A DNA stretch of 64,000 nucleotides, from the NCBI GenBank assembly GCA_965203445.1, contig OZ241883.1, forward strand, positions 640,001 to 704,000, read 5' to 3'. Position 1 is the first letter of the stretch. Every line of letters starts with the position of its first letter. The notes below the pieces were generated by a model. It was not told the DNA's origin. It worked only from the letters and a program-made list of their open reading frames with translations, and searched no databases. The DNA is from Candidatus Oxydemutator sp. (GTDB lineage Bacteria; Pseudomonadota; Gammaproteobacteria; Poriferisulfidales; Oxydemutatoraceae). Below, in pieces: positions 24,001-36,000 of the stretch. Both the position numbers and the translations under genes were made by a program.

Positions 24001-27000
24001 CGCCGACGGTATTCCCCGTCGGTTTTCCGACCGAGTAACTGGCGCTCACCACCGACGGAACAAAGGCCTGGCCTACCAGACCGCCCACGGTACCTCCATC
24101 GGCATGCACTTCCACGTCGGCATAACTCGCCACCAAGCGGCCGTAATGACCCCCTATCAAACCACCCACCCCCCATACGCCGGATATGCGACCGCCACTG
24201 ACGTAACTCGCCGCCACTTCGCCGTCGTTGCGGCCCACCAGCGCTCCTATAAAAGTACTATGATCGCCCACGGACACCCGCGCGTTGCGCAAGCCCACGT
24301 TGCGGATCACGCCGCCGGCGCCGACGGCGCCAAACAAGCCCGCGTGAGACAACCGCCCACCCCTGGCCACCCGCAGATTGCTGACGACGTGGCCGTTGCC
24401 TTCAAAAACAGCGGTGTAATAATTATCCAGAAGGCTGTCCCCTCCCCCGCCCAGCGGCGTCCAGCCCGCGCCCGGGGCCGGGTTCACGCTGGACACATCC
24501 AGGTCGGCCGACAACTCGTAGCCGGTGCACGTGCTCGGACAGGTCTGCTTCGCGTCGAAAAAGGGAAACGCCGCAAAATAAGCGGATTTGTTAGTCTTGC
24601 CCACGCCCGTTATCCCGGCACCGCCCAGGTCATAGCGGATTGCCGCCAACTGCGACGTCGTCTCCACGTCTATCAAGGTGTCGTTGTCGTCGTCGTAGTC
24701 GGTGCCGTCGCTTAACTCGATGGTGGTCCTGACGGAAACCGGCACGCCGAAACTCACGCCACGCGCAGGCGCCCCCGTGAGCCTCGCGCCCGTCAACGTC
24801 ACCATCAGTACCTCGGACAACTCGGGCACGGCATCATCAAGCACCGTCACCGAAAACGACGCGCTGACGGCGCCCGAACCGATGACCACGCTGCCTGCGG
24901 TCGTGCCGACAAAGTCGGCGGCGCCGACGTCGCCGCCCACCGTCCAACTCCAACTCACGGTCACCCCCGTCGGCAGGACCTCCGGCAAGCGCACCACGTA
25001 ACTCGCGACCTCGCCTTCCGACACCGTCGCGCTGCCGGCGAGCGTCGGCGCAAGACTTACCCGCGGCTGCGTCCGCTGCTGCGACGTGCGACGCGCCACC
25101 TGCGTGTCGGTAGCGCCGCCGAACACCAGCACCGGGTAATCAAACACGCTGCCGAAATCCCATGGCGCGTCGTCGTTGTAGTCGCCGTCACGTCCCTGAT
25201 CCACGCGGTCCACGTTCAATTTGTCCCAGCCCTCGTAGATGGTGCCCGCGGCCGTGGTCGGGGCGCGCAACTGGCTCGACGTCTTCGGGGCGAAGTTGTT
25301 CAAATCACCCGGGTTCGTTCCGCAGCAACTGGCCCGTAGGCTGCGCTCCACGTCAAAATAACTGGACTCCACCACGCCGCCGACTCTCCTGTTCCCTATC
25401 AAGCCGCCGACTTTGTCATTCCCCGTCGCTGCCCCGACCGCGTAACTGGCGCTCACCACCGACGCACCACCGGCCTCGCCCACCAGACCGCCCGCGTTGG
25501 CTCCCCCTGCATGCACTTCCACGTCGGCGTAACTCGCCACCAACCTGCCGTAATTACCCCCTATCAAGCCACCCACCGCCCATACGCCGGATATGCGACC
25601 GCCACTGACGTAACTCGCCACCACTTTGCCCTCGTTGCGGCCCACCAGCGCTCCTATATAAGTACTGTGATCACCCAGGGACACCCGCGCGTCGCGCAAG
25701 CCCACGTTGCGGACCGTGCCGACGGCGCTCACGGCGCCGAACAAGCCCGTATGAGACAACCGCCCACCCCTGGCCACCCGCAGATTGCTGATGACGTGGC
25801 CGTTGCCTTCAAAAACAGCGGTGTAATAATTATCCAGAAGGCTGTCCCCTCCCCCGCCTAGCGGCGTCCAGCCCGCGCCCGGGGCCGGTTCCACGCTGGA
25901 CAAATCCAGGTCGGCCGATAACTCGTAGCCGGTGCACGTGCTCGGACAGGTCTGCTTCTCGTCGAAAACGGGAAACGCCGCAAAGTAAGCGAGTCTGTTC
26001 GCCTTGCCCACCACGCCCGTTATCCCGGCACCGCCCAGGTCGTAGCGGATTGCCGCCAACTGCGACGTCGTCGCCACCTCTATCAAGGTATCGTCGTCGT
26101 CGTCGTAGTCGGTGCCGTCGCTTAACTCGATCGTGGTCCTGACGGAAACCGGCACGCCTATACTCACGTGCGCGGGCGCCCCCGTGAGCCTCGCGTCCGT
26201 CAACGTTACCACCAGAACCTCGGACAGCTCGGGCTCGCCGTCAGCGCGCACTATCAACAAAAACGACGCACTGCTCGCGCCGGCTTCGATGACCACGTTG
26301 CCTGCGGTCGTGCCGACAAAGTCGGCGATGTCGACTTCGCCGCCCACCGCCCAGCTCCAACTCGCGCTCACCCCCGTCGGCAAGACCTCCGGCAAGCGCA
26401 CCACGTAACTCGCGGTGCCACCTTCCGACACGGTCGCGCTGCCGGCGAGCGTCGGCGCAAGAATTACCTGCGGCTGCGCCTGCTGCTGCGACGTGCGACG
26501 CGCCGCCTGCGTGTCGGTAGCGCCGCCGAACACCAGCACCGGGTAATCAAACGTGGTGCCGAAATCCCACGGCGCGTCGTCGTTGTAGTCGCCGTCGCGT
26601 CCCTGATCCACGCCGTCCACGTTCAACCGGTCCCAACCCTCGTAGATGGTGCCCGCGGCCGCGGTCGGGGCGCGCAACTGAGCGGAAGTCCTGGGCGCGG
26701 TGTCCGTGGTTGGCCTATTGTTGCCGCAACAATCGGACTGACCGCTGCGCCCTTCGTCAAAGTAGCTTGCCTGTATCGTACCGGAACCATAGCCCCCCAC
26801 CAGACCGCCGGACGGAGACCCTTGCAGGCCGTCGCCGTCCCTGGTCAGCCTCGAGAGCGCGTAGCTGGCGCTGACTATGCCCCCGTTCACAACGACGCCT
26901 ATCAACCCCCCCACGTTTTGCCCCCGCGACCGCTGATGCACCGGCACGTCCGCATAACTGGCAACTACGACACCCCCGTCCAATCTCCCTACCAGACCGC

Positions 27001-30000
27001 CCAAGTCCCAACCACCGCGCACTTGTCTGCCGTCGCCCACCACGTAACACGCCGCCACTTTGCCCGCGTTGTACCCCGCCAACGCGCCCGCCCCTACGCT
27101 TCTGCTGGCCACGTCCGTATGCACGTTGTTCAAACCCACGTTGCGGATCCTGCCTGTGACGCCCACGGCACCAAAAAAGCCCACGCTATCGAAGCGGGCG
27201 GTCGCATTGTTCGTGCTGCGGATCGTTACGTTGCTGATGACGTGGCCGTTGCCTTCAAAAACGGCCTGGTAACGCCGCTCCGGGGGAACGTAGTTCCAGG
27301 GGGCGCGTGTAATCCCCCCGCCTATCGGCGTCCAGTTCGGTACGTCGGACAGATCCAGGTCGGTCGACAACTCGTAGCCGGTGCACGTGCTGGGACAGGT
27401 CTGCCCGTCGCCGAAAAAGGGAAACGCCGCCAGATAAGCGGCCTCGTCGGCACTGCTCACGCCCGCTATCCCGGCACCGCCCAGGTCGTGGCGTATCGCC
27501 GCCAACTGCGACGTCGTCGCCACGTCTATCAAGGTGTCGTTGTCGTCGTCGTAGTCTATCTGGTCGCTCGCCTCGATCGTGGTCCTGACGGAAATCGGCA
27601 CGCCTACACGCGCACGCGCGGGCGCCCCCGTCGGCATCGCGCTGCTCAACGTTACCACCAGGACCTCGGACGGCTCGGGCACGGCGTCATCGAGCACCGT
27701 CACCGAAAACGACGCGCTGACGGCGCCCGACGCGATGACCACGCTGCCCGAGGTCGCGCCGACAAAGTCGTCGTCGCCGACTTCGCCGCCACCCACCTCC
27801 CAATGCCAACGCACGCTCGCCCCCGTCGGCAACGCCTCCGGCAAGCGCACCACGTAACTCGCGACCTCGCCTTCCGACACCGTAACGCTCCCGGTGAGCG
27901 CCGCCGCAAGACTTACCTGCGGTTGCGCCTCTCGCTGCGACGTGCGACGCGCCATCTCCGTCTCGGTAGCACCGCCGAACACCAGCACCGGGTAGTCAAA
28001 AGCGCTGCCGAAATCCCACGGCGCGTCGTCGTTGTAGTCGTCGTCGCCCCCCTGATCCACGCGGTCCACGTTCAACTGGTCCCAACCCTCGTAAATGGTG
28101 CCCGCCGCGGTGGTCGGGACGCGCAACTGGCTCGACGTCTTCGAGGTCTTGTCCGGACTCGGCGGATTCGATCCGCAGCAACCGCTCAGGCCGCTGCGCT
28201 CGGCGTCAAAATAACTGGACTCCACCACGGCGCCGGCAACCCTGTTCCCTATCAAACCGCCGACCGTGCCGCTCCCCGTCGTTGCCCCGACGGAGTAGCT
28301 GGCGCTCACCACCGACGCGGCACGGCCTTCACCGACCAGGCCGCCCACGCTACTTCCATCGGCATGCACTTCCACGTCGGCGTAACTCGCCACCAACCTG
28401 CCGCGATGATCCCCTATCAAGCCGCCGACCCCGGAGGCACCGGATATATGACCGCCAATCACGTAACTCGCCGCCACTGTGCCCTCGTTGCGACCCACCA
28501 GCGCACCTGCATAAGTACTGTCACTACCCAGGGGCCCCACCCGCGCGTTACGCAAACCCACGTTGCGGACGGTACCGTCGGCGCCGACGGCGCCGAACAG
28601 ACCCACGTGATACCGCCGCCCGCCCCCGATCACCCGCAAATTGCTGATGACGTGGCCGTTGCCTTCAAAAACGGCGGTGTAAAAATCCCCCGGAAAGTCT
28701 TCCAGCCTGACCCCCCCGCCTAACGGAGTCCAGTCCGGGATGGCGGACAGATCCAGGTCGGCCGATAACTCGTAGCCGGTGCACGTGCTGGGACAGGTCT
28801 CGTTCTCGCCGAAAAAGGGAAACGCCGCCAGATAAGCCCGATAAGCGGCCTCGTTCGCGCTGCTCACGCCCGCCAACCCGGCACCACCCAGGTCATAGCG
28901 GATCGCCGCCAACTGCGACGTCGTCGCCACCTCTATCAAGGTGTCGTCATCGCGGTCGTAGTCCATCTGGTCGCTCGCCTCGACGGCGGTCCTGACGGAA
29001 ACCGGCACGCCTAAACGCGCACGCGCGGGCGCCCCCGTCGGCATCGCGCTGCTCAACGTTACCACCATGACCTCGGACAACTCAGGGATAGCGTCATCGA
29101 ACACCTCCACCGAAAACGACGCGCTGCTCGCGCCGGAACCGATGACTACGACGCCGGTCGTACCGACAAAGTCGGCGATGCCGGCTTCGCCGCCGCCCAC
29201 GACCCAATCCCAACGCACGCTCGCTCCCGTCGGCAAGGCCTCCGGCAAACTCACCACGTAACTCGCCGCCTCGCCTTCCGACACGGTAACGCTCCCGGTG
29301 AGCGTCGCCGCAAGAATTACCGCCGGCTGCGCCTCCTGCTGCGACGTGCGGCGCATCGCCATAGTCTCGGTAGCGCCGCCGAACACCAGCACCGGATAAT
29401 CAAACACGGTGCCGAAATCCCACGGCGCGTCGTCGTTCAGATCATCGTCGCCCGTCTGATCCACGTCGTCCACGTTCAACTGGTCCCAACCCGCGTAGAT
29501 CGTGCCCGCCGCGGTGGTGGGCGCGCGCAACTGGTTCGACGTCTGCGGGGTGTTGTCCGGACTCGGCACGCTATTTCCGCAGCATCGGCTCTGGCCGCTG
29601 CGCCCCGTGTCAAAATAACTGGACTCCACCACCGCGGCGATGGCCTTGATCCCTATCAAGCCGCTGGGCATGCCCCTCGCTATGTTGTCTGAGGGATCGA
29701 TTCTCCCCGTCGTCGCCCCGACCGAGTAACTGGCGCTCACCACCGACCCGACGATGCTTCCGCCTACCAGACCGCCCCCGGTTGGACCTGATTCTATATA
29801 CACTTCCGCGTCGGCGTAACTCGCCACCACCACACCGAAATTACCCCCCACCAAACCGCCCACCACCTCTTCGCCGGATACGCGACCGCCAATCACGTAA
29901 CTCGCCGCCACCTTGCCCTCGTTGCGGCCCACCAATGCGCCTACCTGATTGCCACCATCACCACCACCACCCAGTACACCCGCGGCCAGCTCCACCCGCG

Positions 30001-33000
30001 CGTTGTGCAAGCCCACGTTGCGGATCACGCCGACGGCGCTCACGGCGCCGAACAGACCCATGTGATACGACGCCCCGTCCCTGGTCATCGTCAGATTGCT
30101 GATGACGTGGCCGTTGCCTTCAAAAACGGCGCTGTAATAATCCGCATCCCTCAGCGCATCCCTCAGCCTCAGCCCCGTACGGGAGTAATCGGTGTCCCCA
30201 CCCAGCGGCGTCCAGTTCAAGCCGGACAAGTCCAGATCGCTCGACAACTCGTAGCCGGTGCACGTGCTCGGACAGGTCTGCAACGCGCCGAAAACGGGAA
30301 ACGCCGCAAAATAAGCGGATTTGTTAGTCTTGCCCACGCCCGCTATCCCGGCACCGCCCAGGTCATAGCGTATCGCCGCCAACTGCGACGTCGTCGCCAC
30401 CTCTATCAGGGTGTCGTCGTCCTCGTCGTAGTCTATCCCGTCGCTGAACTCGATCGTGGTGCTGACGGGAAGCGGCACGCCCAAAGCCACGCCCTCCGGC
30501 GCCCCCGCGAACCTCGCGTCGCTCAACACAATCGCGATGACCTCGGACGGCTCGGGAACGCCGTCAGCACGCACCCTCAACGAAAACGACGCGCTGGCGG
30601 CGCCGGCTGCGATGACCACGCTGCCCGCGGTCGTGCCGACAAAGTCGTCGGCGTCGACTTCGCCGCCACCCACCGACCAATTCCAACTCGCGCTCACCCC
30701 CGCCGGCAAGGCCCCCGGCAAGCGCACCACGTAACTCGCGGTCCCGCCTTCCGGCACCACCGCACTGCCGGCGAGCGCCGGCGTAAGAATTACCTCCGGC
30801 CGCGCCTCCTGCTGCGACGTACGACGCGCCACCTCCGTCTCGGTAGCGCCGCCGAACACCAATACCGGGTAATCAAACTCGGTGCCGAAATCCCACGGCG
30901 CGTCGTCGTTCAAGTCGCCGTCGCGTCCCTGATCCACGTCGTCCACGTTCAACTGGTCCCAACCCGCGTAGATGGTGTCCGTCACCGTGGTGGGAAAAAG
31001 CAACTCGGCCGACAACCTCGGGGTGTGGTCCGGATCCGGCGAATTCCTTCCGCAGCAGCTGCTCTGGCTGCTGCGCTCTTTGTCAAAATAACTGGACTCC
31101 ACCACGGAACCGGTAACCCTGCTCCCTATCAAACCATTGGCCGATGCCCCCGTCGGTCTGCCGACGGAGTAACTGGCTGTCACCGTCCCCTCGGATCGGT
31201 CTGAACCCACGAGGCCGCCCGCGTTCGCCCCACCTGCATGCACTTCCACGTCGGCGTAACTCGCCACCACCTCACCGCCATTGATTCCTATCAAGCCGCC
31301 CACCGAGGTTCCGCCGGATATGCGACCGCCACTGACGTAACTCGCCGCCACTTTGCCGCCGTTGGTTCCCACCAGCGCACCGGCACTCTCGCTATCACGA
31401 CCCAGGCTCATCCGCGCGTTACGCAAGCCCACGTTGCGGATCCTGCCGCCGGCGCCCACGTTGCCGAACAGACCCACGTGAAACCATCGCCCACTCCTGG
31501 CCACCCGCAGATTGCTGATGACGTGGCCGTTGCCTTCAAAAACCGCGGTGTAAACATCCCCCGGAAGGTCTTCCAGCCTGACGCCCCCGCCTAGCGGCGT
31601 CCAGCCCGCGCCCGGCGCCGGTTCCACGTCGGACAGGTCCAGATCATTCGACAGCTCGTAGCCGGTACACGTGCTGGGACAGGTCTGCCCGTCGCCGAAA
31701 AAGGGAAACGCCGCCAGATAAGCGGCCCTGTTCGCGTCGCCGCTCACGCCCGCTATCCCGACACCGCCCAGGTCGTAGCGGATCGCCGCCAACTGCGACG
31801 TCGTCGCCACCTCTATCAAGGTGTCGTCGTCAACGTCGTAGTCTTTCGCGTCGCTCGCCTCGATGGTGGTGCTGACGGAAAGCGGCACGCCCAAACCCAC
31901 GTGCGCGGGCGCCCCCGCGAGCCTCGCGCCCGTCAACGTTACCACCAGGGCCTCGGACAACTCGGACACGCCGTCTGCGCGCACTGCCACCGAAAACGAC
32001 GCGCTGACGGCGCCGGACGGGATGACCACGCTGCCGGTCGTGCCGACAAAGTCGGCGGCGTCGACTTCGCCGCCGCCCACCGACCAATTCCAACTCGCGC
32101 TCACCCCCGCCGGCAAGACCTTCGCCAAGCTCACCACGTAACTCGCGGTGCCACCTTCCGACACCGTCTCGCTGCCGGCGAGCGTCGGCACAAGAATTAC
32201 CCCCTGCGCCTGCTGCTGCGACGTGCGACGCATCGCCATAGTCTCGGTAGCGCCGGCGAACACCAACACCGGGTAATCAAACACGGTACCGAAATCCCAC
32301 GGCGCGTCGTCGTTCAAGTCGCCGTCGTCTTCCTGATCCACGTCGTCCACGTTCAACTGGTCCCAGCCCTCGTAGATGGTGAGCGCGGCCGTGGTCGGGC
32401 TGAACAACTCGGCCGACGTCCTCGAGGTGTTGTCCGGACTCGGCGGATTCCTTCCGCAGCAACTGCTCTGGCCGCTGCGCTGGCCGTCAAAATAACTCGA
32501 CTGCAACACGTCGGCGTAATTCAGCAGCAACGGTCGTATGTCGTAACCCCCTATCAAGCCGCCGACTCTGCTTCCCCCCGCCGTTTCCCCGATGGAGTAG
32601 CTGGCGCTCACCACCGACGCGGCGGCGACTTCGCCTACCAGACCGCCCACGTTCCTTCCATCTGCCTGCACTTCCACGTCGGCGTAACTCGCCACCAAGC
32701 TGCCGTAATGACCCCCGATCAAACCGCCCACCCCAAATACGCCGGATATGCGACCGCCACTGACGTAACTCGCCGCCACTTTGCCCTCGTTGCGACCCAC
32801 CAGCGCTCCTATATAACTGCTACCACCGTCCTCCAGACTCACCCGCGCGTTACGCAAGCCCACGTTGCGGATGATGCCGTTGGCATTCACGGCCCCGAAC
32901 AAACCCATGTGCCACCACCGCCTATCCCTGTTCATCCTCAGGTTGCTGATGACGTGGCCGTTGCCTTCAAAAACCGCGGTGTAATAATAATCCGCCGGAG

Positions 33001-36000
33001 CTCCGTCCCAGCATACACGCGTGCCCCTCGACTGCCGGGTAACGCAAGAGCGATAATCCTGCGGAAAGGCACCATCATTAGGAATCTCATCACTGCCGCC
33101 CCCGCCTATCGGCGTCCAGTCCGGGATGCTAGACAGATCCAGGTCGGCCGACAACTCGTAGCCGGTGCACGACGCCCCCGGACAGGTCTGCGTCTGCTCG
33201 AAAAACGGAAACGCCGCCAGATAAACGGCCCTGTTCGCGTCGCCGCTCACGCCCGCCAGCCCGGCACCGCCCAGGTCGTGGCGGATCGCCGCCAACTGCG
33301 ACGTCGTCGCCACCTCTATCAGGGTGTCGTCGTCGAGGTCGTAGTCTCTGCCGGCTCCGTCGCTGGGACTGATCACGGTGCTGACGGAAGCCGGCACACC
33401 CAGACTCACGCGCGCGGGCGCCCCCGCGAGCATCGCGTCGCTCAACGCGACCACCATGACCTCGGACAACTCGGTAATGACGTCATCGCGCACCCCCACC
33501 GAAAACGACGCGCTGCTCGCGCCGGATGCGATGACCACGCTGCCGCTGGTCCTGCCGTCAAAGTCGTCGGTGCTGACTTGGTTGCCGCCCACCGCCCAAT
33601 TCCAACTCGCAGTCACCCCCGCCGGCAAGGACTCCGGCAAGCTCACCACGTAACTCGCGGTGCCGCCTTCCGACACCCCCGCGCTTCCGGCGAACGTCGG
33701 CGTAAGACTTACCTCCGGCTGCGCCTGCTGCTGCGACGTGCGACGCGCCGACTCCGTGTCGGTAGCGCCGCCGAACACCAGCACCGGGTAATCAAACGCG
33801 CTGCCGAAATCCCATGGAGCGTCGTCGTTGTAGTCGCCGTCGCCCCCCTGATCCACGTCGTCCACGTTCAACTTGTCCCAACCGGCGTAGATGGTGCCCG
33901 CCGCCGTGATCGGGAGAATCAAGTCGCTCGACGTCTTCGCAACAACGTCGTCCAGACCGAACTCATTCGTTCCGCAGCAACTGCTCCGGAAGCTGCGCTC
34001 TTTGTCAAAATAACTCGACTCCACCGCGGCGATGACGGTCACCCCGAACTGTCCGCCACCCGCGGTGGCAACCCGCCGCCCTATCAAGCCGCCGACTCTG
34101 CTACCCCCCGTCGTTTCCCCGACGGAGTAGCTGGCGCTGACCACCGACGCGGCGCCGGCTTCGCCTACCAGACCGCCCGCGTTGCTTGCCTTTGCATGCA
34201 CCTCCACGTCGGCGTAACTCGCCACCAACCGGCCGTAATGACCCCCTATCAAACCGCCCACCCCGGATGCGCCGGATATGCGACCGCCACTGACGTAACT
34301 CGCCGCCACTTTGCCCTCGTTGCGGCCCACCAGCGCACCGGTATAGGTGCTGCTGCGACCCAAGTCCACCTGCGCGTTGCGCAAGCCCACGTTGCGGATT
34401 CTGCCGTCGGCGCCGACGATGCCGAACAAACCCGTGCCATACACCCCGCCGCCGCTCATCCGCAGGTTGCTGATGACGTGGCCGTTGCCTTCGAAAACAG
34501 CGGTGTAAGCATCCGGCGTACCGCCCCCGCCTAGCGGCGTCCAGTCCGCTACGTCGGACAGATCCAGGTCGGCCGATAACTCGTAGCCGGTGCACGCGCG
34601 CGGACAGCTCGCCTCGTCGAAAAAGGGAAACGCCTTCCGATAAGCGACGTTGTTCGTATCGCTCACGCCCGTCACCCCGGCACCGTCCAGGTCGTGGCGG
34701 ATCGCCGCCAACTGCGACGTCGTCGCCACCTCTATCAAGGTGTCGCCGTCGACGTCGTAGTCCTTTTCGACTCCGTCGCTGGGATCGATCACGGTCCTCA
34801 CCGGAGCGGGCACGCCTAAGCGCACGCCACGCGCGGGCACCCCCGCGCCCGTGAGCCTCGCGTTGCTCAACGCAACCACCATGGTCTCGAACGACTCGGC
34901 ATCGGCGTCGTCGCGCACCGTCAACGAAAACGCTATTCGGTTCTGGCCGGACTCGATGGTCACGCTGCCGGTGGTCGCGCCGACAATGTCGTCGGCGTTG
35001 ACTTCGCCGCCACCCACCGACCAATCCCAAGTCGCGTTCACCCCCACCGGCAAGGCTTCCGGCAAACGCACCGCGTAAAGCGCGACGCCACCTTCCGACA
35101 CGGTCTCGCTTCCGATGAGCGTCGGTGCAAGACTTACCTCCGGCTGCGCCTCCTGCTGCGACCTGCTACGCGCCTGCCTCGTCTCGGTAGCACCGCCGAA
35201 CACCAGCACCGGGTAATCAAACGCGGTGCCGAAATCCCATGGAGCGTCGTCGTTGTAGTCGCCGTCGCCTCCCTGATCCACGCGGTCCACGTGCAACTTG
35301 TCCCAACCCTCGTAGATGGTGCCCGCGGCGGTGGTCGGTGTGCGCAACTGGTGTGACGCCCTCGATCCGCAGCAACCACCCTGGCGACTGCGCTCCCGGT
35401 CAAAATAACTGGACTCCACCACGGCGCCGGCCACCCGGTTCCCTATCAAACCGCCAATCGGGTAAATCCCCGTCACTCTCCCGACCGAGTAGCTGGCGCT
35501 CACCACCGACGCGCCACCGGCTTCGCCTATCAGACCGCCCACGTTAGCTCCATCTGCATGCACTTCCACGTCGGCGTAACTCGCCACCAGCCTGCCGGCG
35601 TAATGACCCCCTATCAAACCGCCCACCCCCGCATTGCCGGATACGCGACCGCCAATGACGTAACTCGCCAACACTTCGCCCTCGTTGTCTCCCACCAGCG
35701 CACCTATAAACAAGCTATCACCACCCATTTCCACCTGCGCGTTGTGCAAGCCCACGTTGCGGATCACGCCGCCGGCGCCCACCCTGCCGAACAAACCTAT
35801 CTGCCACTCCCCGTCCCTGGCCACCCGCAAATTGCGGATGACGTGGCCGTTGCCTTCAAAAACGGCGGTGTAGGCATCCCCCGGCACGGCACGCGGAACC
35901 CCCCCGCCCAGCGGCTTCCAGCCTGGGCCCGGGGCCGGGTTCACACTGGACAGATCCAGGTCGGCCGACAACTCGTAGCCGGCGCACGTGCCCGGACAGG

